Source of the DNA: an uncultured cyanobacterium
GTDB lineage: Bacteria; Cyanobacteriota; Cyanobacteriia; Cyanobacteriales; Nostocaceae
Length of the DNA: 64,000 nucleotides
Assembly: GCA_963740315.1 (NCBI GenBank)
Contig: CAVUDP010000002.1
Span: 1,920,001-1,984,000, forward strand
Direction: 5' to 3'
Shown here one piece after another: positions 31,240 to 41,288 of the stretch (positions are counted from its first letter, which is position 1; each line of letters starts with the position of its first letter). The notes below the pieces were generated by a model. It did not search any database. It was not told the origin of the DNA and saw only the letters and a list, made by a program, of their open reading frames with translations. The position numbers and the translations under genes were made by a program.

Positions 31240-33318
31240 TGTATTCAGTGCTAATGCTACAGGAAAAACTAACTCGCTTTGATTGCGACGTAAAAGCGCG
31301 GCAATTACGGTAAAAGTCCAACGGGAATTAACCATATCATCAACTAAAAATACAGAACCATTTATACCCTTCCAACTGTTAATTGCAAAAGCACCATCTA
31401 AGTTTTGAGCTTGTTGGTAGCTGTTGCTCATCTCTTTTTGTAATTGAGTTTGACGAATTTTCTGCACGACTGGTACGAAAGGTAAACCTAATTTTTCAGC
31501 CAACCTTTTAGCAAAATCTGGTACAAGTTGTTTGCGATTTAAAGAAGGTACGCAAGTTACCCAAGTGGGATATGGTTGAGGTTGCCAACGTTGAATCATT
31601 TGATATACAGCTTCTACAAGTGCATCATCAAAATAATTATCTTGATATTTTCCAGACTTTACTAAGTCTCCCCAACCTGCATCACCCCATAAAGATAGAG
31701 CTTTTCCCGATTCTGCTTTTAAGTTATCTTTAATTCTTCCAGAAAACCGATAATTTGGAAATGCAAGTGAAGCCCAAGTTTTACGCGGTTCGATAATTTG
31801 ATCGCTACGACGTAAAAATTGAATTGCTTGATTTATAAGTTCAAAAGAGCAAGTTTCTGGTAGTAAAGCTTTACCTAAACAGGCAGCACATTTACCGCAG
31901 TTAGTTGGATTTTGGTCATCTAATTCTGTTGCGAGAAAAGTCATTAAGCATTGCTGAGTTTGCATATATTCTCGCATTCTATCTTGTTCTTGATGGCGGA
32001 TTTTTGTTAATCTTTCGATTTTATCGGTGTCGATTTGATAATTTATTGGCGTAGTATACCATTTTGAACCTTGTTTGGTTACGGGTGCGGGAGACTCCAG
32101 AGATAGTAATTTCAAAACTTTATTAATTTGTCCTCTGGAAAGATTAAGCTGTTGCTCCAACTGAGGAATAGAATAGCCATCTTTAGCTACTTCGAGAACA
32201 TTTAAAACTTGTTGGGTATGAGCTTCTGGAGGAAAAGCTGTATTTATAAAATAGTTGGTAATTTCATCATCTTCCTCACCGTTTAAAAGAATTCCGTAGG
32301 CTTTTTCAACGGCTCTACCCGCTCTACCCACTTGTTGATAATAGTGGACAACAGAACCCGGACGTTGATAATGAATTACAAATCCTAAATCTGGTTTATC
32401 AAAACCCATTCCTAAAGCAGTAGTTGCAACTAAAGCTTTAATTTCGTTTTTTAAAAGTTGTTCTTCTAATAGTTCGCGAATATTGCTTTCCAAATCGCTA
32501 TGATATGAAGCAGCATTTATTCCTTGAGTTACCAACCAATCGGCAACACGCTGAGAATCTCTTACAGTTAAAGTGTAAATAATTCCGCTTCCATGTAAAT
32601 TAGGCAGTTGTTCTGCTAACCATGCCATTCGGGCTGCGGGTGATGGTATTTTAATATTTTGCAGATGCAAACTTTGTCTAGTTAAAGCACCTCTCGACAC
32701 TTTTAACTTTGAACCTAATTGAGCAATAATATCATCCACTACCCGATTATTTGCCGTAGCAGTAGTCGCTAAAGCTGGAATATTTTGAGGAAGCGCTTGT
32801 AATACTCTGACAATCCGCTTGTAATCGGGACGAAAATCATGTCCCCAATCAGAAATACAGTGGGCTTCATCAACTACAAATAAACCGATTTTTTTAGATA
32901 ACGGTAACAGTATTTTTTCTCTAAATTCATCATTAGCTAATCTTTCCGGAGAAATCAGCAGAATATCTACTTCATCTGCAAGTAACTGTGTTTTTACAAC
33001 TTCCCAATCATCTATATTGCTAGAGTTAATCGTAACAGCTTTAACACCTATCCTTGCTGCTGCCGTAATTTGGTTTCGCATCAAAGCTAATAATGGCGAA
33101 ATCAAAAGCGTACAGCCAGCACCTTTATCTCGTAACAAACGAGTAGCTAAAAAATATACCAGACTTTTGCCCCAACCAGTACGTTGAACCACAAGTAAAC
33201 GCGATCGCCTTAATAATTCCTCAATAGCTTCCCATTGTCCGCAGCGAAAGTCAGCTTTTGGGTTCTCAAGTGCCTGACGTAGAAGTAATAAAGCTTTATC
33301 TTTAATTTGCGTTGTCAT
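31216..33318 (-). CDS. RecQ-like helicase fused to C-terminal ComF-like phosphoribosyltransferase; PsyrT/RqlH-like
   Basis: QRTGWGKS, DEAHCISDWGHDFRPDY, QQVGRAGR, CGKCAAC; PRT loop VFLVDDMVNSRWT. Confidence 0.9.
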   Translation of the reverse strand: MTTQIKDKALLLLRQALENPKADFRCGQWEAIEELLRRSRLLVVQRTGWGKSLVYFLATRLLRDKGAGCTLLISPLLALMRNQITAAARIGVKAVTINSSNIDDWEVVKTQLLADEVDILLISPERLANDEFREKILLPLSKKIGLFVVDEAHCISDWGHDFRPDYKRIVRVLQALPQNIPALATTATANNRVVDDIIAQLGSKLKVSRGALTRQSLHLQNIKIPSPAARMAWLAEQLPNLHGSGIIYTLTVRDSQRVADWLVTQGINAASYHSDLESNIRELLEEQLLKNEIKALVATTALGMGFDKPDLGFVIHYQRPGSVVHYYQQVGRAGRAVEKAYGILLNGEEDDEITNYFINTAFPPEAHTQQVLNVLEVAKDGYSIPQLEQQLNLSRGQINKVLKLLSLESPAPVTKQGSKWYTTPINYQIDTDKIERLTKIRHQEQDRMREYMQTQQCLMTFLATELDDQNPTNCGKCAACLGKALLPETCSFELINQAIQFLRRSDQIIEPRKTWASLAFPNYRFSGRIKDNLKAESGKALSLWGDAGWGDLVKSGKYQDNYFDDALVEAVYQMIQRWQPQPYPTWVTCVPSLNRKQLVPDFAKRLAEKLGLPFVPVVQKIRQTQLQKEMSNSYQQAQNLDGAFAINSWKGINGSVFLVDDMVNSRWTFTVIAALLRRNQSELVFPVALALNTLGQTGVS

Positions 33319-33530
33319 AGATGCTTAGTTTAAAATTGTTTTTTCTTTTTTAGCACTTAAAGAAATCAACTAAGCAAAAATATGTAAAAGATAGTATAAA
33401 TATTTGCGATTGTTGACGGCGATTGAAATCACGGCTACACAAGCGAAACCCACCTGCGTGGGTTAAATAAAGCCGAGATTGATGCTATTGATGTTAATTA
33501 ATATTTTTAAAAAATAATTTATTAATAATG

Positions 33531-33584
33531 GTAGTGCAAGCTTCTGCTCGCTGTATGTCTCAAGCGAGCAAGATGCTCGCACTA
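33531..33584. repeat. REP-like doublet GTAGTGC...GCTCGCACTA(C)
   Basis: Same family as the array at 47786-48049; interrupted at its end by MITE copy 3. Confidence 0.7.
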
Positions 33585-33774
33585 GTACAGAGTCAACGTA
33601 AGTCAAGTACCCATATAATAACCGGACTTAAGAACCACAAGAAGACACGGCTCGGCTCCGGTATAGAAGTCGGGTTTTTATCAAAGAAGGTAAATGTATT
33701 ACAGATACGTATTCTAAAAACCCGACTTCTGAGCATTAAAATTAGGGGTGCGCTATTTAAGCCGTGTGGCACTA
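33582..33774 (+). mobile_element. MITE-like element, copy 3
   Basis: Homologous to copy 1; CTA at both ends. Confidence 0.75.
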
Positions 33775-34044
33775 CCTAATATTTATTAGATATTTCTTAA
33801 TTTGGAAATCCTTAAAAACTTACACATACTTAATTATTCCTGATAACTAACACTATTACCCATCATCCCTCTATAACCTCTTCCCTCAGCGCCCTCCGCG
33901 TCTAGTAAGGTTTTTTATACCTAACTTCCTCAAACATTTCATAATGTTGCAAAAACTGCACGTCTAAGAATTTGTAACAAATAATAGTAGTAAATCTAAA
34001 TACTTTTTACTATCTATTAATTATAGAATTCGGGAGATAAATTT

Positions 34045-34650
34045 ATGACAGACGCTAATCAATCAACGCCCATACAAACCCTTACCGCTAGCGAAGGCGT
34101 TCTCACCACTAACAGTAATACTATCAATACAGTTAACATTCGTTCGGGACCTTCGCTGAATCGTCGCGTCATTCACCAAGGAAAAGAAGGAGACAAAGTA
34201 AAAATTCTCGATCAAACCAAACCTGCTGGCGATACCCATGCTTGGTATAAAGTTAAATTTGGTTCGCAACCTGATGATATTGGCTGGGTGCGCGAAGATG
34301 TGATTGATTTGACTTACACAAATCCTTCTTCTGCTTCAACTCAACTGCTTTTTGCTACCAACAGCAGAACAGTAAGAATTTATGCCGAAGAAAAGCAGAT
34401 TTATATGAACGTTTACGATAACCGCGCCGAAAAGACAGAATTATATGCTGTCGAAGCTGCAAGATTGCCAAAACTTGATGATGAAAGTAAGTTTAAAAGC
34501 TACGTTGCCATCAAAGATAATACTGCTTACTACGTCAGGTTTATTCCCTTCGGTGAAGTAGATTTTATTGTTAATAATGCCAACAACGGTAATATTATCC
34601 TCAAAGAAAAAGGTTTCCGTGCTAGCGGTAGCGAATATCAGAAACAGTGA
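34045..34650 (+). CDS. Bacterial SH3-domain protein
   Basis: VNIRSGPS...WYKVKF...GWVREDVI. Confidence 0.85.
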   Translation: MTDANQSTPIQTLTASEGVLTTNSNTINTVNIRSGPSLNRRVIHQGKEGDKVKILDQTKPAGDTHAWYKVKFGSQPDDIGWVREDVIDLTYTNPSSASTQLLFATNSRTVRIYAEEKQIYMNVYDNRAEKTELYAVEAARLPKLDDESKFKSYVAIKDNTAYYVRFIPFGEVDFIVNNANNGNIILKEKGFRASGSEYQKQ

Positions 34651-34866
34651 ACAGTTATCAGTGAACAGTGAACAGTGAGTAGTTAACAGTTATTAATTAT
34701 TAATCATGCGGTAGCATCATTATTATTACAATTAACCGTTACTTTATGATGCTCAAGACTTTAATTTACCTTTCAGAATTTATTAAAGCATCAAATACCT
34801 TGCAATTTTAATGTGTGAGTTGCATAAGTTCTCACTGCTCACTGTTGACTGCTCACTGTTAACTGA

Positions 34867-36156
34867 TTAAGGATATAAACCGCGATCGCCTAATGCTTGC
34901 GCTACTCTTCCTACACCTAATACGTAAGCTGCTAATCTAGGAGAAATATTTCGCGTTTGGGATTCTCGCATAACTTTGCGATATGCTTGCACCATCAAGT
35001 TTTCCATTTCACCGTTGACTTTTTCTTCATCCCAAAATAAGTAGGAAAGTCCCTGTACCCATTCCAGATAACTAACCACAACTCCGCCAGCGTTACTTAA
35101 AATATCTGGTAGTACCGTCACACCCCGCGCTTCTAATGATAAGTTAGCTTCTAGCGTAACCGGGCCATTTGCGGCTTCGGCGATTATATTAGCTTGGATT
35201 TGATTAACGTTTTCTTGTGTAATTTGATTTTCTAAGGCTGCGGGAATCAATACGTCGCAAGGTAATGTTAATAACTCTGCATTGCTAATTGGTTTGGCTT
35301 GTGAAAATCCCGAAATCTTTCGATTGTTCTCTTTTGCATAAGCTTTCAATTCCGGAATATCTAAACCATTCTCCGCGAAAATACCGCCGGAACCCGTAGA
35401 GACGGCAATAATTTTTGCACCAGCTTGATGCAGCAATTCAGCCGCAGCACCACCGACGTTACCAAAACCTTGAATCGCAATTCGCGTACCTGCTAAAGAT
35501 TTACCTTTATCTGCTAAGGCTTCACGGACAATAATCATTACACCGCGTCCGGTTGCCATTTCTCTTCCTAACGAACCACCTATCGAAAGCGGTTTCCCGG
35601 TGACAACTCCCGGCACTGCATGACCGATATTTACCGAATAAGTATCCATCATCCAAGCCATTTCGCGGGCTGATGTACCCATGTCTGGCGCGGGTATATC
35701 TACTGACGGCCCGATGTCTTTAATTAACTCGCTAATATAGCGTCGGGAAATACGTTCTAATTCATTGACACTGTAATTTTTAGGGTTTATCGCGATACCA
35801 CCTTTAGCACCACCGTAGGGAATACCCAACAACGCACATTTCCAAGTCATCAGCATTGCTAACGCCGAAACTTCCCGCAGTGTAACGGCTGGATGGAAAC
35901 GAATACCGCCTTTGTGAGGCCCTAAAACGTTGCAGTGTTGGACTCGATGTCCTGCTAAAATCTGTATTTCACCACTATCTCGTTTTATGGGAATGGAAAC
36001 CGTAATTACCTTACGCGGGTTACTGAGTATTTCTGATATACCTTGTTCTAACTTTAATTCTTTCGCCGCCGCGTCTAAATAGCTACAGGCTTGATCGAAA
36101 GGGCAAATGTACGCGGGAGAAGGATTTTCTGGCGCAAGTAGGGATGTTTTATCCAT
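34867..36156 (-). CDS. gdhA: Glu/Leu/Phe/Val dehydrogenase (glutamate dehydrogenase)
   Basis: KGGIRFHP, GGAKGG, DIPAPD, QGFGNVG. Confidence 0.92.
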   Translation of the reverse strand: MDKTSLLAPENPSPAYICPFDQACSYLDAAAKELKLEQGISEILSNPRKVITVSIPIKRDSGEIQILAGHRVQHCNVLGPHKGGIRFHPAVTLREVSALAMLMTWKCALLGIPYGGAKGGIAINPKNYSVNELERISRRYISELIKDIGPSVDIPAPDMGTSAREMAWMMDTYSVNIGHAVPGVVTGKPLSIGGSLGREMATGRGVMIIVREALADKGKSLAGTRIAIQGFGNVGGAAAELLHQAGAKIIAVSTGSGGIFAENGLDIPELKAYAKENNRKISGFSQAKPISNAELLTLPCDVLIPAALENQITQENVNQIQANIIAEAANGPVTLEANLSLEARGVTVLPDILSNAGGVVVSYLEWVQGLSYLFWDEEKVNGEMENLMVQAYRKVMRESQTRNISPRLAAYVLGVGRVAQALGDRGLYP

Positions 36157-36196
36157 ATAATGTAAAAATTAAAATATGTTCTGAGAGATGTTTTCG

Positions 36197-36312
36197 AGTA
36201 AATAAACCACATTTTTGACCTCTCTCCAAACCTCTCTTCTGCAAGGAGAGAGGCTTTGATATTCCCCCTTACCTGCTCCGGGAAGGGGGTTAGGGGGTTA
36301 GGTTTTCGAGAT
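36197..36312 (+). repeat. Dispersed ~115 bp palindromic repeat, copy 1
   Basis: AGTAAATAAACCACATTTT...GGGAAGGGGGTTAGGGGGTTAGGTTT.CGAGAT; inverted copy at 42688-42882. Confidence 0.75.
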
Positions 36313-36435
36313 GTTCTTACCGTAACTTGATTTTTAATAATTTCCGATAATTTTGTAAATTTCGTTACATTTTTTGTTTCACAATAGTTATTTAAGATAA
36401 CTCCGAACAATCCAAAATCCAAAATCCAAAATCCA

Positions 36436-37767
36436 ATGACAACCACTAATCCCAAAAAACTTCCTTTACCTCCCGGTAACTTTGGTTTACCTGTAATTGG
36501 TGAAACCATCAGCTTTATACGGGATTCAGATTTTACAGAAAAACGATATCAAAAATACGGTTCTATCTTTAAAACCCATATTTTTACAAATCCCACCATA
36601 GTAATGATTGGTGCGGAAGCTAACCGTTTTGTGTTTACAAATGATAATAAATATTTTTCTGGGCAATGGCCTGCTAGTACTAAGATTTTATTAGGTCCTG
36701 GCTCATTATCCATACAAATGGGCAGTATCCATCAAAAGCGACGTAAAATTCTATCACAAGCTTTTCAACCAAGAGCTTTGGCAGAATATACTACTGCAAT
36801 GGAGGAAATTCTCCGCAGTTATTTTAATAAATGGGAAAAAATGGGTACTTTGACTTGGTACCCAGAAATTAGAAAATATACTTTTGACGTTGCTTGTAAA
36901 TTACTTGTAGGAACGGATGCAGCTAGCGATAGTAATTTTGTCGAACTTTTTGAAGAGTTGGTGAGAGGTTTGTTTACCATTCCTCTGCGTTTACCCTGGA
37001 CTAATTTTAGTAAAGCATTACGCAGTCGCAAATTGTTAGTCAAGCAGATTGAAGAAATAGTATTACAGCGTCAACAACAACCCGCTTCTAATAAAGATGC
37101 TCTAGGAATATTATTACAAGCCACAGATGATGATGGTAATAAACTTAGTGTAGAAGAAATTAAAGACCAAATATTAACTTTACTATTTGCTGGGCATGAA
37201 ACATTAACATCGGCGATCGCATCGATGTGTCTCTTACTAGCACAGCATCCCGAAGTTCTGGCAAAGGTACGCGACGAACAGCAGCAATTGGGATTATCTC
37301 AACTAACTACAGAAAATCTCAAGCAAATGACTTATTTAGACCAAGTTATTAAAGAAGTCTTGCGTTTAATTCCTCCCGTTGGTGGTGGTTTTCGACAGGT
37401 AATCGAACCTTGTGAATTTAACGGTTACTTTATCCCTCAAGGTTGGTCTGTACTATATAATGTGCCTAAAACAAATCAAGATAGCGGTGTATATACTGAG
37501 CCATCGAAGTTCGATCCAGAACGTTTTGCACCATCTAGGGCTGAGGATAAATCGAAACCCTTTGCACACGTAACATTTGGCGGCGGTATGCGCGAATGTA
37601 TCGGTAAGGAGTTCGCTAAGTTAGAAATGAAGCTTTTTGCAGCGCTTTTAGTTCGGGAATATGAATGGGAACTTTTACCACAAGATTTAACTATAATACC
37701 AGCGCCTACAGCTTATCCCAAGGATAAGTTAAAAGTTAGATTTAGAAACGTAACATCAGAAACGTAA
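36436..37767 (+). CDS. Cytochrome P450 (CYP120-like)
   Basis: LPPGNFGLP, AGHET, EVLR, PERF, FGGGMRECIG heme Cys. Confidence 0.95.
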   Translation: MTTTNPKKLPLPPGNFGLPVIGETISFIRDSDFTEKRYQKYGSIFKTHIFTNPTIVMIGAEANRFVFTNDNKYFSGQWPASTKILLGPGSLSIQMGSIHQKRRKILSQAFQPRALAEYTTAMEEILRSYFNKWEKMGTLTWYPEIRKYTFDVACKLLVGTDAASDSNFVELFEELVRGLFTIPLRLPWTNFSKALRSRKLLVKQIEEIVLQRQQQPASNKDALGILLQATDDDGNKLSVEEIKDQILTLLFAGHETLTSAIASMCLLLAQHPEVLAKVRDEQQQLGLSQLTTENLKQMTYLDQVIKEVLRLIPPVGGGFRQVIEPCEFNGYFIPQGWSVLYNVPKTNQDSGVYTEPSKFDPERFAPSRAEDKSKPFAHVTFGGGMRECIGKEFAKLEMKLFAALLVREYEWELLPQDLTIIPAPTAYPKDKLKVRFRNVTSET

Positions 37768-37812
37768 AATTAAGAGACGTAAAATTTTACGTCTCTACAT
37801 TCATTTATTTAG

Positions 37813-39129
37813 TTATTTGTTCAAATGATTTTGCATTGATGATATCAGTTCTTGCGCTCTTGCATAGGATGTTGTTCCCGACTGTACGGTTTTCAATTTA
37901 TTGATAATTGTCTGTAATTTGGCTTTGTATTGGTTAACTTCAGATGGAGGATAAGCAATAAAGTTTTCGATTTGTGTTTCTGCGCGATCGAGAATTCTTT
38001 GCGATTCTTTTTCTGCTTGCAGTCGGGTTTGGATAATTCCTTGATTCTTTTGATATTGCGCTAATAGTTTCTGTGCTTCGAGATAATTGGGATTGGTAAC
38101 TTCGATATTTTGCAATCGCTTGATTGATTGTAACCATAGTTTTTCAACTTGCTCCCATTTATAAGCTGGATGGGGTGGATTTTGCGATGCTTGTGCTGCT
38201 TGCATGGCGAATACTTTCGCTGCTTCAATTAAATTACCTGAAATCCCGCTTTTTCCATCATCAGCAATCATCTTTCCTAAAATGGGTTTATAAACTGCAA
38301 TTATGGTAAGAGCCTTTTTACCAGCCAAGGTTTCTCTAGGGATTTGCTCTAAAGCGATCGCAGCAGTTTGTATCTTTGCTAAAGCCTTTTCTTTTTCAAT
38401 AGGATTCTTAGTTTGTTGATATTGTTCTTTAGCTACTTTTAAAGTTTCTTCTGCTTGATTTAGCGATTTAAAAGCATTCTTTTCTTGAAAAACTTTGGCA
38501 TCCATCCGCGCAACTCGACGACGTGCTGTTTCAAATTCATCAAAAGTAAATTTCCAACTACAACTGAATAAACCGCAATAAGTTTGAGGATAATAACCTA
38601 GAAACCAAACGGGTAAATTATCTAGATTACTTTGTGCTTGTTTAACTTTGTCTCCACCTCTCTTAATATCTTCTAAACTGGTAGCTTTATTTACCAATTG
38701 GTCGGCTTGTTCTGTAGCATTTATTGCACCGCGATAACTATTATCCATACTGATGTAAGAAGGTAAAAGTAGTAACGGTGCTTTTTGGGCTACAGGTTTG
38801 CGAATCATCGGGAATGGTAAATTAACTAACCATATCGCACCAGAAAAACCAATTAAGAATATTGCCACCCATTTCAGATTGCTGAAAATTCCTGGTGGTT
38901 GATTAGCTCGTGCGGCTTGTTTTAATGCTTTTTCGCTAAAGTCTGGAAATACATCTACAACTAATAAGAGTAATTCCTCAAAAGTTACCGGAGAGCCTTT
39001 TTCTCTGCGGAGTTTTTCAAAACGCTTGGTGACAATTACCCTTTCCGTTCTACCAATATCATCATTAGAACCACAATTAAGCAATTCCAATCGCAAAATT
39101 TTATAAGCGGAATCATTAAGACGATACAT
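37813..39129 (-). CDS. Single-TM helical-repeat hypothetical protein (paralog of next gene)
   Basis: Shares MYRL start and PVWFLGYYPxxYCxxFxCSW with 39209-40090. Confidence 0.82.
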   Translation of the reverse strand: MYRLNDSAYKILRLELLNCGSNDDIGRTERVIVTKRFEKLRREKGSPVTFEELLLLVVDVFPDFSEKALKQAARANQPPGIFSNLKWVAIFLIGFSGAIWLVNLPFPMIRKPVAQKAPLLLLPSYISMDNSYRGAINATEQADQLVNKATSLEDIKRGGDKVKQAQSNLDNLPVWFLGYYPQTYCGLFSCSWKFTFDEFETARRRVARMDAKVFQEKNAFKSLNQAEETLKVAKEQYQQTKNPIEKEKALAKIQTAAIALEQIPRETLAGKKALTIIAVYKPILGKMIADDGKSGISGNLIEAAKVFAMQAAQASQNPPHPAYKWEQVEKLWLQSIKRLQNIEVTNPNYLEAQKLLAQYQKNQGIIQTRLQAEKESQRILDRAETQIENFIAYPPSEVNQYKAKLQTIINKLKTVQSGTTSYARAQELISSMQNHLNK

Positions 39130-39208
39130 TATTTTACACCTGTTTTATACCTGATTTTAAAAGTTTTTGAATGCGAACAAATCTACCTGGAAATCAAAAA
39201 TTTCCAGA

Positions 39209-40090
39209 TTAAGGCTTTTTATTTTGAGCAATTTTGTTGTAATAAAGCTTATATGCTTTTAATTTTGCATCTGCTTTTTTACCTGCTAATGTTTCTGGAG
39301 GAATTTGCTCAATAGTTTTAATCGCCGTTTCAATCGAAGCAATAGCTAGCTCTTGCTGTTTCTGAGTTTTTGCTATATTTAATCTTTGTTTAGCAGCGCT
39401 ATAAACTTGTTCTGATTCAACCAAACTTACGAAAGCATTCTTTTGTACAAATAATTTTGTTTCAACTTTCGTTGTTTGACTGCGGACTTTTTGAAACTCG
39501 TTAAAACTGTAATCCCAACTACAGCGAAATCTTGCACAATAAACTTCCGGATAGTATCCTAAAAACCAAACCGGAATGCTACGCAGATGTTGTTCGGCTT
39601 CTTGTGTTTTCTGCTCAACTTGCTTAATTTCGGTCAAACTATCAGCAGATTCGAGCAATGTTTCTGCTTTTTGAACGGAATTTTTTGCACCCCAATAGTG
39701 AAAATTCATTTTCATATAAGAAGGTACAAGTAATATTGGTGCTGTTCTCGCAACCGACCAGCGAATATTAGGATAGGGTAAATTGAGTATTGTCACTATC
39801 CCAGCAGCAGTTGCTAAAGCTATCCCTAAATATTTATATTTACGAAAAATACTTGGTTTTCGATTAACTTTAGCAGCTTCCTTAAGAACCGTTTCATTAA
39901 AAATAGGAAATACATCTACAATCGCATTCCGTAACTCGTTCAAAGTTGCACGTTTACCAGATTTTAACTGTAGTTGTTCCAAACGTTTAATTACAATTTG
40001 CTGTTTTTGATTTGCTTTTTTATCACCTTTGCTACATATTTCAATCTCAGCACGTAAGATTTCAAATGCTTTGTTATGAAGACGGTACAT
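39209..40090 (-). CDS. Single-TM hypothetical protein (shorter paralog)
   Basis: Shares MYRL start and PVWFLGYYPxxYCxxFxCSW with 37813-39129. Confidence 0.82.
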   Translation of the reverse strand: MYRLHNKAFEILRAEIEICSKGDKKANQKQQIVIKRLEQLQLKSGKRATLNELRNAIVDVFPIFNETVLKEAAKVNRKPSIFRKYKYLGIALATAAGIVTILNLPYPNIRWSVARTAPILLVPSYMKMNFHYWGAKNSVQKAETLLESADSLTEIKQVEQKTQEAEQHLRSIPVWFLGYYPEVYCARFRCSWDYSFNEFQKVRSQTTKVETKLFVQKNAFVSLVESEQVYSAAKQRLNIAKTQKQQELAIASIETAIKTIEQIPPETLAGKKADAKLKAYKLYYNKIAQNKKP

Positions 40091-40479
40091 CTAAACACCC
40101 TGTAACTCTTACTCTTACTATTCCCATCTACAAGAGAAAAATCACACGTATGTTTTTTTTGAGGGGGAGATGGGGAGATGGGGAGATGGGGAGAGGGGGA
40201 GATGGTAAGCCCAAAACGTGCGGAGGAACACGACCAGAGAAGTGGCGCAACCCGTTACTCTAACGAGTCGTGCCGCGCTGAACACGCGGAGCGTGCGGCG
40301 AGCGGGGGAGATGGGGAGACAAGGGGACAAGGCGATCGCTGGTAACTGCTCACTGCTCACTGCTCACTGTTAACTGTTAACTGGTAACTGTTCCCTGTTA
40401 TATGACTTTGGATAGTTAAAACTGAGTGCCAAATATTGTTAGCATCTATTAGATAGTTAAAAAATTATTATTATTAAAA

Positions 40480-41256
40480 ATGCCTACAGCTTTGATTACT
40501 GGTGCTTCCGGTGGTATTGGTGAATGCTTTGCCCGAAAACTTGCCTCATTAAATACAAATCTGATTATTGTTGCACGCTCGGAAGATAAGCTTAATGCTC
40601 TTGCTCAACAGTTACAGCAGCAACATAATATTCAAGTTGATGTAATTGTTAAAGATTTAACCGAACCATCGGCGGCGCAGGAAGTGTTCGATGCTACCCA
40701 AAGCAAAGGATTGACAGTAGATTTACTAATAAACAACGCTGGCTTTGGAGACTATGGAGAATTTGCTCAAACCGATGGCGATCGCCAAATCCAAATGATC
40801 CAGTTAAATAATATTGCGGTAGTAGCTTTAACTCACAAGTATTTACCACAAATGCGCGAAAGGGGTTCGGGAAGCATCATCAACGTATCGTCAATTGCAG
40901 CATTCCAACCAATCCCATATCTTTCAGTTTATGCAGCTACTAAAGCTTTTATTCGCAGTTTCAGTGAGGCATTATGGGCAGAAAACCGTCAATATGGGGT
41001 AAAGATTTTAGTAGTTTCTCCAGGCCCAACAGAAACTAATTTTTACACTGAAGCTAACTTCCCTCCCGCACTCGCACGCACCGCCAAAAGTATGTCTACC
41101 TCCGAAGAAGTAGTTGATCAAGCCTTAAAAGCTTTAGAACAAGGAAACGTTGGTGTAGTAGTTGGCGGTATTGCATCTAAGTTTATCACCACCTTATCTA
41201 ATATAGTTCCTAGAGAAACTCTGCTGAATGTATTAGAGAAACAGTTTAAGGGTTAG
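40480..41256 (+). CDS. Short-chain dehydrogenase/reductase
   Basis: TGASGGIG, NNAG, YAATK. Confidence 0.95.
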   Translation: MPTALITGASGGIGECFARKLASLNTNLIIVARSEDKLNALAQQLQQQHNIQVDVIVKDLTEPSAAQEVFDATQSKGLTVDLLINNAGFGDYGEFAQTDGDRQIQMIQLNNIAVVALTHKYLPQMRERGSGSIINVSSIAAFQPIPYLSVYAATKAFIRSFSEALWAENRQYGVKILVVSPGPTETNFYTEANFPPALARTAKSMSTSEEVVDQALKALEQGNVGVVVGGIASKFITTLSNIVPRETLLNVLEKQFKG

Positions 41257-41288
41257 ATGAGGTCAAAAGTTAAAGGTCAAAGGTCAAA

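Noticed and set aside
29834..33318. Novel helicase-DprA system
   Set aside because: The architecture matches the described PsyrTA/RqlHI, so it is reported as known
33528..33779. 83-aa ORF resembling the 1669-1854 ORF (THIITGL)
   Set aside because: The similarity comes from the shared MITE, not a protein family
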